From Gemmatimonadales bacterium (lineage in GTDB: Bacteria > Gemmatimonadota > Gemmatimonadetes > Gemmatimonadales > GWC2-71-9), in contig DASTSO010000119.1 in assembly GCA_035760645.1 (NCBI GenBank), forward strand, positions 47,033 through 111,032: a stretch of 64,000 bases of DNA, read 5' to 3'. Position numbers and translations under genes: made by a program. The notes under the pieces were generated by a model. It did not search any database and had not been told where the DNA came from. It saw nothing but the letters and a program-made list of their open reading frames with translations. Below are positions 8,765 to 17,693 of the stretch, piece after piece (within the stretch, counting starts at the first letter, position 1; each line of letters begins with the position of its first letter).

Positions 8765-11700
8765 TCAGGAGACTCGCTTGCGCAGGGCGGCGGCGCCGGG
8801 GCAGCCGAGGCGAGCCATGGCCTCGCACACCTCTAGGAGCACCGCACGATCTGCCCGCGCGTCAATGAGCTCGCCCACGAGGGTCTCGAGGTCACCACAC
8901 TCCCAGCGCAGTTGCGTCGTGCCGGCGAGCACGTGCCGGAGCAGACACGCGACGGGCTCCGGCGCCGTGCGGGCGAGGCCTTCCTCGCGAAGCTCATAGA
9001 ACAGCATCGTGTGCTCGCCGAGGGTGATCGGCATCGCCACGAGGAGCTCCACGACCGCCGGCAGCACTGTCCGCAGGCCGAACACCCACTCGAGCATCGC
9101 CCGCCGTTCCTCCTCACTCAGCGGGCTCGGCACACCAGTAAGCCGGTCTCGCCAGTAATCGGCGAGCCAGCGAGTCCACGCCAACTCGGCCGCATCGGCG
9201 CTGAGCTCGCGGAGCTCCCGCCCCATCGCGGCGGCCCACGCCGTGTGCGTAGCGGGGTCGGCGTCCCGAATGAACCGCTCGAGCCAACCGCCGTGCCACG
9301 GATCGGCAGACGAGTAGAGCGCCACGCCAGCGAGTCGTCCCGCAAAGTCCTCGCGACGACGCTCAAGCGCGGAGCCTATCCGCTCGTACGTCTGCTCCAG
9401 GTAGGGCTGGAGCCGCTCGAAGAGCGCGTCGTTCCAGCGCCCCCACTGCAGGTAGCCGTCCCACGCGTGGGCGGCACGATCCTCGTCCACCGTCCAATCG
9501 AATAGCGGCAGCAGCTGGCGACCAGACCATTCCGGATCAAGCGCGTAGAGAAAGTGCGCTTGGCTCGCGAAGATGATCCGGGCCCGGTCCGCACCGACGG
9601 TCGGGACTTCCAGGACATGGTCGAGCCGGTCTCGCTCGGCCGGCGGCAGGCCGGTCCACTCGTCGCCGGCCGTGTTCCGAAGGGTCTCGAGCGTCTGGAG
9701 CCAGGCCATCGCTGCCCGTCCGGCCGGGTGGTTGATGGCCAGGAACAGCCAGTCGGGACCGTCGGAGGTGCTCACCGTGTCCCCGAGGTCGTCCCGGAGC
9801 GCGAGCCGCTCCGCCATGTCGCGCACCGTGTGGAGCAGGGCGGGCGGGGCGCCCCCGTCCCCCTTCGCCGCATGGTCGAGCAGAGACGACACCTCATACG
9901 GAAATGCGTGCTCGAGGTGGCGGTGGGTCTCGAGGAGTTGAAGCACGCGGCGCCACTGGAGTTCGTCGAGCGCGGCACCGCGCCACGCCTCCAGCACCGC
10001 GGGCCAGAGCCCGGCGTCCTCCGCCTCACCGTGGTCGCGGAGCGCCTCGGCGAGCTCCCAGGACCACTCAAACGAGGCCCTGCTGGCGTCCCGCACCACC
10101 TCCAGCAGCCCGTGGCGGTCCGGCCCTTCACCCGTGCGCTGGTCACCTTGATATGCGAGCAGCCAGCCGAGCTCGGCCCTCGGCGACAGGGCCAGGAGCT
10201 CGTCGACGCCGCGCGGGCTCACCGGGATGACCGGCTGCACGCCCGACGACCAGTGGGTCAGGTCCGGGTGCTCCCGCGGCTCGAGGTCCGGGGTAGCCGC
10301 CTTGGCAGCGGCGAGGCGGTCGACTGTGATGGCGGAGTCGGGGGCCGCACGGGCCAGCCAGACGAGCAGGTTGTAGCGCTCGTACGTCTCGATCCCGGTC
10401 TCCTCGGGCGTCGTCGGCGGTTGCTCGAGGACGGGCTGCACGAGTGCGGCATCGAGGAACGCTTGGCGGGTCGCCTCGTCGGCCGCGGCATACGCGCGCG
10501 CGAGCAGGCGGAACGTCTCGTGCTTGAGCGCTGAGTCGTGGAGCCAGCCGGCCGCGAGCACGTCGGCGAGTGCCTCCGCGGGCTGGTTCGGCGCGCGCTC
10601 GGCGAGGCCGTGGATCGCCAGGCGCTTCAGGAGTGGCGACGCCGCCTCCCGCCAGAGGGTGATCCAGGCATCGGCGACCTTCGGCTCCGCGGCCAAGAGG
10701 AACTCCAGCAGATCCCGCGCGGCATCGACCACGACATCGAGGCCCGAGGGATACGGATCCTGCGGGTGTGGCTCGATTGCCGACCGGCGGAAGCTCAGCG
10801 GGTCCCATACGCCGTCCGCGGTCCCGGCGGCGACAAGCAGCACGTGCGCGCGCGTGAGGCTCTCGGTGAGGAGCATGCCGACGGTGCGATGGCATCGCGG
10901 CAGCGCGGGTAGGAAGAGGCGCTGCCAGCTCTTGCGGAGGGTATGGTCGTCCCCGGTCGGGCCGATCGAGAAGCGAAGCCGTGGTGTGACACCGGCTCCG
11001 TCCAGCCCCGGCAGCGCCGGGCCCAGGCTAGAGACCGGAGCGATCAGGTGCCCGAGGAGGAGGAGGGCTCCGGCGAGTGCCTCGGGCGGGCAGCGCCCGA
11101 GGAGCTGGCTCAGGGGGCGGGCGTCCCACTGCGGGTTCCGCGTGGTCACGAGAACCGTGATCCATCGCATGAGGAGCTCGGGCTCCGGCAGCGGGTCCAC
11201 CGCCGCCAGGTGCCAGGCGAGGCTGCGCCAGCACTGGTGCCCGAGTTGGAGATGGTGGGCGCGCAGGAGATCGAGGAGCTCGCCCGAGTGCTCGAGCATG
11301 AAGCGCTCGGCGAGCCACTGGGCGAGCTCGGCCACGGCGCCCGGGTCTGCAGTCGGTGCATTCCCGAAGAGCGGCTCGAGGACGCCGGCGTCGGCAGCGA
11401 ACGTGAGCCAGGCCGGGACGCTCGCGTGCCGCACGAAGAACGGGCGCTGGACCGGGTCGGCGAGCGCCCGCCGCAGGTAATCGACGTCGCGTCGCTCGAT
11501 CGGCGGGGCGACGCTGACCAGCGTGCGGATCCGATGCTCGTGGTCCAGCGCACCCATCGTGGCGAGGTTCGCCCAGGCCTCGAGAGCATCGCTCAAGGCG
11601 CCGTGATCCCGTGGGGCGCGGAGCGGATAGTGGACCGGCCGGATGCCGAGCTCCGCCCAGCGCGCGTCGCTACCCGGAGTCGTCAACGCGAAGCGGGCGG

Positions 11701-12346
11701 TCCCGGGCACCAGGCTCCGTGCCAGATAGCGCATCGTCGGATCGCCGTGGCTGTAGCCCACAAAGCAGACGGTGTTGTGCAGGAACAGCTCGAGCAGCAG
11801 GCGGGTGGCCCACCCCTCTGTCAGGTAGGCACGACCGAAGTCGGCGTCGGTGAGCACGAGCGGGTGGTGGGCTATATCCAGCGCGCCGTGTACGTGGATC
11901 AGGCCACGGGCCTGGCGCCCTAAGGGGAGCGCCGGCGCCGTGTACAGGGGGGCCGCGCCCGCACCGTGGCGGTCGGTGATCACGGTCGCGAAGTGCCGAT
12001 CGAAGTTCGTGGTGACGATCCGGATCCGATCCGGAGCCCCGAAGAGCCGCACGATCGCCTCGTGCATCGGGGTCGGCTTCGACGACGCCACGTCGAGCAA
12101 CTGGCGCGTGCGGCCCTGCACATCCACCCCGCGGTGCTCCGCGCGGCCGAGGTACTGGTCGAGGGGCTCTCCCGCCGTGGGAGCCCCGATCGCGGTCTCC
12201 GCGACCTGTCTGGCAAGCCGCTCGAAATCCGGGAGGTTCGAGGGAGAGCCCATGGAGACGCCGGCGCCGGCGAACACAACGAGGCGCCCCTCTTGGAGCG
12301 CCTCGAGCAGATCGTCGGGAAGGTCCACCTCGGTCGTGACGAACAC
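8765..12346 (-). CDS. Large SIR2-like domain protein (N-terminal SIR2_2-type NADase fold, helical C-terminus of about 850 aa); candidate DSR-like antiphage effector
   Basis: GTG start. Rossmann loop VVFAGAGVSMGS. Catalytic-region motifs IVTTNFDRHF and LIHVHGALD, then VLTDADFGRAYL and CFVGYSHGDP. These are the motifs that define the SIR2 family. No HerA, TIR or Argonaute partner is adjacent. Confidence 0.8.
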   Translation of the reverse strand: MFVTTEVDLPDDLLEALQEGRLVVFAGAGVSMGSPSNLPDFERLARQVAETAIGAPTAGEPLDQYLGRAEHRGVDVQGRTRQLLDVASSKPTPMHEAIVRLFGAPDRIRIVTTNFDRHFATVITDRHGAGAAPLYTAPALPLGRQARGLIHVHGALDIAHHPLVLTDADFGRAYLTEGWATRLLLELFLHNTVCFVGYSHGDPTMRYLARSLVPGTARFALTTPGSDARWAELGIRPVHYPLRAPRDHGALSDALEAWANLATMGALDHEHRIRTLVSVAPPIERRDVDYLRRALADPVQRPFFVRHASVPAWLTFAADAGVLEPLFGNAPTADPGAVAELAQWLAERFMLEHSGELLDLLRAHHLQLGHQCWRSLAWHLAAVDPLPEPELLMRWITVLVTTRNPQWDARPLSQLLGRCPPEALAGALLLLGHLIAPVSSLGPALPGLDGAGVTPRLRFSIGPTGDDHTLRKSWQRLFLPALPRCHRTVGMLLTESLTRAHVLLVAAGTADGVWDPLSFRRSAIEPHPQDPYPSGLDVVVDAARDLLEFLLAAEPKVADAWITLWREAASPLLKRLAIHGLAERAPNQPAEALADVLAAGWLHDSALKHETFRLLARAYAAADEATRQAFLDAALVQPVLEQPPTTPEETGIETYERYNLLVWLARAAPDSAITVDRLAAAKAATPDLEPREHPDLTHWSSGVQPVIPVSPRGVDELLALSPRAELGWLLAYQGDQRTGEGPDRHGLLEVVRDASRASFEWSWELAEALRDHGEAEDAGLWPAVLEAWRGAALDELQWRRVLQLLETHRHLEHAFPYEVSSLLDHAAKGDGGAPPALLHTVRDMAERLALRDDLGDTVSTSDGPDWLFLAINHPAGRAAMAWLQTLETLRNTAGDEWTGLPPAERDRLDHVLEVPTVGADRARIIFASQAHFLYALDPEWSGRQLLPLFDWTVDEDRAAHAWDGYLQWGRWNDALFERLQPYLEQTYERIGSALERRREDFAGRLAGVALYSSADPWHGGWLERFIRDADPATHTAWAAAMGRELRELSADAAELAWTRWLADYWRDRLTGVPSPLSEEERRAMLEWVFGLRTVLPAVVELLVAMPITLGEHTMLFYELREEGLARTAPEPVACLLRHVLAGTTQLRWECGDLETLVGELIDARADRAVLLEVCEAMARLGCPGAAALRKRVS

Positions 12347-13003
12347 GCACGGAATCTATCTGCCCCCGAGACCTTGGCTAGCCGAAGCCCCCGGCCCGCG
12401 AAGCGGGCCGCCTCTAGACGTGCCGGATGGCAGCTGCCGAGGAACTGAAGCGGAAAACACCCGGCAGGTTGACGCGGGAACAGGCGAGAGCGTGAGCCGA
12501 GCGGCCCCTCGCGGCCGCAAGGATGGCTCGGGCTCGGTCGCCACTAGCGGAGCAGCCGGACCCCGTCGCGGCGGACGCGCTCCTGGCGCGGATGCCTCGA
12601 GCAACCCTCAGGGCAGGGGCAAGTCCGAGCTGCCCCGATTCGACGAGGGGAGCCCGGAGCAATCGGTGCTGGTCGGCACGCTCGCTGCCGAGGAAGCCAC
12701 TCCTCCGCGCCCTCCCAGCAGCAGGCGGTCCGGTGTTAGCATTTCCGTGGGTCGTTTCAGAGTCGGCTACGGGACGTGCGCTCAGTCGCCGGTACCGGAC
12801 CTTGGGTCGCGACACTGCCCTTCGCCGGCTGGGGTACCGGTGGGACTCGCCCTCAATCTGCCGTCCGAATGTGCCCGGAGCGAGTGCCGGGCCGAGCCCC
12901 TAGCCGAGTGACAAGTGACAGCGCGATGGCCACCGGTGGCCCGTCGAAGTCTCCTCTAAACGCTTGGTATTAGTGGCCATCGGAAATGGGCGCCCGTCGG
13001 CGA

Positions 13004-13049
13004 AAGGTCTGCAAAACCTCCATCACCGGTTCGACTCCGGTCGGCGCCT
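13004..13049 (+). tRNA. tRNA-Cys(GCA) 3' remnant: anticodon arm through T-arm, acceptor 3' strand and U73, with no D-arm; pseudo-tRNA or att-site core
   Basis: Anticodon arm AAGGT-CTGCAAA-ACCTC carries GCA with U33 and A37. T-arm ACCGG-TTCGACT-CCGGT, then CGGCGCC and discriminator T. A possible 5' acceptor GGCGCCC sits at 12989-12995, but only 8 nt separate it from the anticodon stem. Confidence 0.5.
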
Positions 13050-13423
13050 CTCGATTTCGCATCAGCCCAACCGCCCGTGCCAGAGCTACCTGGCACGGGC
13101 GGTTGGCGCGTTCAGCCCCCGCGAGTCTCACTCCGCGAGTGACAGGATGAGTGACGAGACGCGGACCGCCCGACAGGCCGTGCCTGGGCGCGATGGCCCT
13201 GGGCGGTCTCGCTGGGCGCTGCGGGTGCACGGCGCCTCCACGGATGTGGTGGCGGGGCGGTCGGGGCGGGAGCCTCCCGCGGTGTCACGGATGCCTCTCA
13301 TCGCACGTCATGCTGGTGCAGAGCAGGTTCGATCCGCTTCATCTCGTAGCGCGACTCGGAGCGCGCCGTGTGCCGTCGTGCGCGACGGACGACCGGGAGC
13401 TTCTTCACCGAAAGGGGAACAGC

Positions 13424-14575
13424 GTGCCAGCTCGACTTCTCTTCCGCCGGGCCGCGCTGGCCGTAGCCTGTTGTGCCATCGCCGCGACGCGGACGACGAA
13501 TGCGCAGAGCGCGCAGGGCGCGCAGAGCGGGCAGAGCGCCCAACGCGCGGAGTCCCCGCGACGCGCGGTGGCCCGCGTCCTGGCGGCGGCCGACGCCATC
13601 ACGGCGCCCGGCGGCGTCGATACCCTCGCGCGGGTGGAGCTCGGCGGCATCCCGCAGTGGATCTCCGTGCGCGGCCGGGACCGGCGCAATCCGGTCCTGC
13701 TCTTCCTCCATGGCGGTCCGGGTTTCCCGACCATGCCGGTGAGTCACCGCTGGCAGGGGCCGTGGGAGGAATACTTCACGGTGGTGCAGTGGGACCAGCG
13801 CGGCGCCGGCAAGACTTACGCGGCGAGCGACCCGGCGGCGGTGCGGCCGACGCTCACCATACCGCGCATGATCGCCGATGCCGAGGAGCTGGTGCGCCAC
13901 CTGCGCACGCGCTACGGCCAGGAGCGGATCGTCCTGGTGGGACACTCATGGGGGACCGTGCTCGGCGTCGAGCTGGCGCGGCGGCATCCGGAGTGGTTCT
14001 CGGTCTACGTCGGCATCGGCCAGGGGGTGGATGTCCCCGCGCAGGAGCGGATGGGCTACGAGGCGCTGCTGGACAGCGCCGCGCGCGCGCGCGACACCGT
14101 GGCCCTCGCCGAGCTGCGCGCGCTGGCGCCCTACCCCGAGCGCGACGGCACCATGCCCGTCGCGAAGCTCTACGTCGAGCGCAAGTGGATGCGCGCCTAC
14201 GGCGGCTACAACTACCAGCATCCCGAGGGCGACCACTACGCCGATTTCGTCGCGATGAGCCCCGCCTACACCGACGCCGAGATAGCGACGCTCGGCCCGG
14301 CCATCGAGTTCGGCTTCCGGGCGCTCTGGCCGCAGCTCCAGGCGTACAACTTCTGGGACGTGACCGAGCTCCGCGTGCCGGTGGTGCTGTTCCACGGCAC
14401 CCACGATCTCACGACACCGCTGGTGCTCGCCGAGCGCTGGCTCGACCGCCTGCACGCGCCGTCGAAGGCGCTCGTCCGCTTCGAGCAATCGGCGCACATG
14501 GTGATGATGGAGGAGCCGGGCAAGCTGTTCTTCCACCTGGTGCGCGACGTGCGCCCGCTGGCCTCCCGGCCGTAG
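13424..14575 (+). CDS. Secreted alpha/beta hydrolase (prolyl aminopeptidase / S33 family)
   Basis: GTG at 13424 is preceded by AAAGGGG. The signal peptide follows. HGGPG motif, nucleophile elbow GHSWG. The upstream extension to 13151 is rejected. Confidence 0.8.
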   Translation: MPARLLFRRAALAVACCAIAATRTTNAQSAQGAQSGQSAQRAESPRRAVARVLAAADAITAPGGVDTLARVELGGIPQWISVRGRDRRNPVLLFLHGGPGFPTMPVSHRWQGPWEEYFTVVQWDQRGAGKTYAASDPAAVRPTLTIPRMIADAEELVRHLRTRYGQERIVLVGHSWGTVLGVELARRHPEWFSVYVGIGQGVDVPAQERMGYEALLDSAARARDTVALAELRALAPYPERDGTMPVAKLYVERKWMRAYGGYNYQHPEGDHYADFVAMSPAYTDAEIATLGPAIEFGFRALWPQLQAYNFWDVTELRVPVVLFHGTHDLTTPLVLAERWLDRLHAPSKALVRFEQSAHMVMMEEPGKLFFHLVRDVRPLASRP

Positions 14576-14659
14576 CCGTCCCGCGCCGCGGATGGTCCGC
14601 GAGCAGGCGCCCGGCGGTGGCGGCGGCGCACCATACCTTGGACTCGACGGGAGGGCTGC

Positions 14660-15139
14660 ATGAGCGTGAAGGAGCACCGGTACATGGTGGCGGTGGAGTG
14701 GACGGGCAATACGGGGGCAGGCACGACGGGATACCGCGCCTACGAGCGGTCGCACGAGATCTCCACACCGGGTGCGCCGAAGCCCGCCATCCCGGGCTCG
14801 TCGGACCCGGCGTTTCGCGGCGACCGCTCGCGGTGGAATCCTGAGGAGCTCCTCGTCGCCTCACTCTCAGCCTGCCACAAACTGTGGTACCTGCACCTGT
14901 GTGCCGAAGCCGGCGTGGTGGTCACCGGCTATGTGGACCGCGCCGAGGGATGGATGGTCGAGGAGGACGGGGGCGGCCGCTTTCGTCGCGTCGTGCTGCG
15001 CCCGGTGGTGACGCTCGCGCCCGGCAGCGATGCGGAACGCGCCCGCACGCTTCACCGCGAGGCCCACCGACGCTGCTACATCGCCACCTCGGTCAACTTC
15101 CCTGTCGAGCACGAGCCCGAGATCCGCTCGACCCGCTGA
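14660..15139 (+). CDS. OsmC/Ohr family peroxiredoxin-like protein
   Basis: OsmC-fold motifs: VEWTGNTGAGT...PEELLVASLSACHKLWYL...RCYIATSV. Confidence 0.85.
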   Translation: MSVKEHRYMVAVEWTGNTGAGTTGYRAYERSHEISTPGAPKPAIPGSSDPAFRGDRSRWNPEELLVASLSACHKLWYLHLCAEAGVVVTGYVDRAEGWMVEEDGGGRFRRVVLRPVVTLAPGSDAERARTLHREAHRRCYIATSVNFPVEHEPEIRSTR

Positions 15140-15219
15140 CCGGGACCACCGGCCAGCCCTCCGGGGCAGCCTGCAACCCGACCACATCGAAGACCACATC
15201 GAAGTCCCAGGAGACCCGT

Positions 15220-15399
15220 ATGCCTCTGGAGATGCGCGAGCGCTGCGAGCGGTGCGGCCAGGCCCTCGAACTCGACGGCCCGGCCTCCATCTGCAGCTAC
15301 GAATGCACGTTCTGCAACGCGTGCGCTGAGGCCATGGCCGGCGTCTGTCCGAACTGTGGCGGGGAGCTCGTCGCCCGGCCCCGGCGCCGGTCTGCGTGA
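15220..15399 (+). CDS. DUF1272-type zinc-ribbon protein (59 aa)
   Basis: MPLEMRERCERCGQALELDGPASICSYECTFCNACAEAMAGVCPNCGGEL: CxxC...CxxC ribbon. ATG at 15220 after CAGGAG. Confidence 0.6.
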   Translation: MPLEMRERCERCGQALELDGPASICSYECTFCNACAEAMAGVCPNCGGELVARPRRRSA

Positions 15400-15745
15400 C
15401 CCTGCCGTCGTTTCGGGCCGCGCTCCTCAGGTTGGCGTCGACACCGGCCCACGTACGGTTCCCCACCGCGCGCCGGGCACGCGGAGCCGAGGGGCGCTGC
15501 GACGGCCCGCCGGGTACCCGGCGGACCGCCACGCTCGGCTCACCACGGGTGGTAAGTGGACAAGGGCGCCCCCACATCTCGCGTGGGGGGCTCTCATGCC
15601 GACTCTCGATGCCGCCTGGCCGCACGCGCCGGGTGGCGACATCCTCATCTACATCACGGCCGTCATCGTCCTGCTCGGCTCGCCGGGCCCCGGCATCGCC
15701 GCCCTGCTCGCCGTCGGACGGGAGCGCGGTCTCGCCGGCGCCCTG

Positions 15746-16613
15746 GAGGTCGTTTCATAACCGCCGCTGGGCGGCGGCGTAGATTGCGGGCAGGTGGTTT
15801 GATGGAGCTGCCCGATGGCCTTTCTCACCGATGCCCAATGGGCGCGCATCGCGCCCTTGCTGCCCCCGCCGCGCCCGCACCCGCGCGGCGGCCGCCCGTG
15901 GGCCGATGACCGGGCGTGCCTCGAAGGCATTCTCTGGATCCTGCGCACCGGCGCCCGCTGGCGCGACTTACCACGGACCTACCCGAGCCCGGCGACCTGT
16001 TGGCGGCGCCTCGCGCGCTGGGAGGCCGAGGATCGCTGGAAGCGGATCTGGCGCGCGTTCCTCGGCCAGCTGGATCAGCGGGGGCTGCTCGGCTGGGAAG
16101 AATGCTTCCTCGACGGCACCTTTGCGCCGGCGAAAAAAGGGGGCCCGCCGTCGGCACGACCCGCAAGGGTAAGGGCACGAAGCTCATGGTACTGGTCGAG
16201 CGCGCGGGTCTACCTCTCGGAGTTTGCCTCGACGCTGCCACGGTGGCCGAGGTCAGCCTCGCCGAAGCGACGCTCGCCACGGTCGCGGTCCCGCGCGGCG
16301 GCCCCGGGCACCCGAAGGTGAAGCCCGTGCGCATCATCGCCGACCGGGGCTACGAGAGCCGCGCCCTCTGGCAGCGCCTGCGGCGACGGGGGATCGATCT
16401 CATCGTGCCGCATCGGCGGCAGATCATCCACCGCTTCCAGGACGGCCGGAAGCTCCGACGCTATCGCCGACGCTACATCGTCGAGCGCACGATCAGCTGG
16501 CTGCTGAGCTTCCGCCGGCTGCTCGTCCGCCATGAGCACCGGATCGAGCTCTACCGCGCCTTCGTGCACGTCGCCTGCCTCTGGATCGTGCTCAGGCGGT
16601 TATGAAACGACTA
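15746..16613. mobile_element. IS5-family insertion sequence (IS1031/ISL2-like), 868 bp, 20-bp imperfect terminal IRs, 3-bp target duplication CTG
   Basis: Left end GAGGTCGTTTCATAACCGCC; right end is its reverse complement, GGCGGTTATGAAACGACTAC. The 17-bp core is perfect. CTG flanks both ends (15743-45 and 16614-16). Confidence 0.8.
15815..16605 (+). CDS. IS5-family transposase OrfAB produced by -1 programmed frameshift at AAAAAAG (16133-16139)
   Basis: OrfA MAFLTDAQWARIAPLLPP...GARWRDLP is the DUF4096/HTH part. OrfB in the -1 frame (RKGKGTKLMVLVE...IIADRGYES...YRRRYIVERTISWL) carries the DDE region. Shifting at the A6G run reproduces the OrfB frame exactly. Confidence 0.8.
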
Positions 16614-17128
16614 CTGCGGTTCTACCTCGGCATGCAGCTCGGGCTCGCGATCGCGGCCGGGCTGAGCGTCGCCGGACTCGCCGCGGCGCTCCGCGCCGTT
16701 CCGCTGGCCGCAACGGCGCTCACGCTGATCGGGGCCGCGTACCTGGCCTGGCTCGCGTGGAGCATCGCCACCGCCCCCGTCGGCTCGCCCACGGCATCCG
16801 GAGCGGTGGCGTCGGCCTGGGGCGGTTTCCTTCTCGGGGCCGCGAACCCGAAGGTGTATCTCGCGCTCGTGTCGCTCTTCGCCTCGTTCCGTCTGGTCGC
16901 GGCGGGTGGCGCGACGGCCGAGTACCACGATGCGCTCCTCAAGTGGGCGCTCTGCATCGGGGTCACGGCGGTCGTGGACCTCGGCTGGCTCGGCGTCGGC
17001 GTGGGGCTCGGACGCGTGGCGCTTTCCCCGCGGGCGGAGCGCGTGCTCAACGTCGTCATGGGCGGGACGATCGTCCTCGCCGCCGCGGCCGCACTCCGCT
17101 GAGCGGCGATCAGGCGACACCCCGTCCG

Positions 17129-17584
17129 ATGACGTATCCCATCACCGACGTATTCCATCAGCGACTCCGGAGCGACCCGATGCCGCATCCGACCGACCCG
17201 AACCGCCCGTCGCAGGACCGGACGGACGATGCCGCGACCGACGCCACGGAGCGGCTCTTCTCCTACGGCACGCTGCGGCAGGAGCGGGTCCAGCGCGAGA
17301 CATTCGGACGTCTGCTCGCAGGGACGGCCGACGCGCTCGTCGGCTTCACCCGCCGCCTGCTTCCGATCGAGGACCCGGCCGTCGTCGCCCGGAGCGGGAA
17401 GACGCACCATCCGATCGTGAGCCGCAGCGACGACCCGGCCGACCAGGTGCCGGGCACCGTCTTCGCGATCACGCCGGCCGAGCTCGCGGCGGCGGACCGC
17501 TACGAGGTCGCCGCGTACGAGCGCGTGCGGGTGGTGCTCGCGTCGGGGATCCCGGCGTGGGTGTACATTCAGCGCGAGGCGTAA
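17129..17584 (+). CDS. Gamma-glutamyl cyclotransferase-like (AIG2/GGCT fold) protein
   Basis: LFSYGTLRQE...ADRYEVAAYERV matches the GGCT-like core. The start is uncertain because no good SD is present. Confidence 0.6.
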   Translation: MTYPITDVFHQRLRSDPMPHPTDPNRPSQDRTDDAATDATERLFSYGTLRQERVQRETFGRLLAGTADALVGFTRRLLPIEDPAVVARSGKTHHPIVSRSDDPADQVPGTVFAITPAELAAADRYEVAAYERVRVVLASGIPAWVYIQREA

Positions 17585-17693
17585 GCGCCCCGGCGAGCCG
17601 TACGCCCGGGACGCCGTACCCCCACCGTGGGCTCGATCCCTCCGCTCAGCGGGGGATCGGGCCTCGTCTCATGTCCCGCTCTGGCTGGAGCGC

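Larger units (their letters stand above)
15598..17102 (+). pseudogene. LysE/RhtB-family amino-acid exporter gene split by an IS insertion (N-part 15598-15745, C-part 16614-17102)
   Basis: The N-part ILIYITAVIVLLGSPGPGIAALLAVGRERGLAGAL and the C-part RFYLGMQLGLAIAAGLSV... are co-linear with RhtB. Removing the IS plus one CTG copy restores ...GLAGAL-RFYLGM in frame. Confidence 0.7.

Noticed and set aside
12977-13049. Attempt to fold a complete 76-nt tRNA-Cys
   Set aside because: Only 8 nt lie between any plausible 5' acceptor strand and the anticodon stem, so no D-arm is possible. It is treated as a 3' fragment only.
12964-14844. 626-aa plus-strand ORF spanning the tRNA remnant and the alpha/beta hydrolase
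   Set aside because: Arg/Gly-rich and in a different frame from the motif-bearing hydrolase. It starts with TTG inside the tRNA-like segment.
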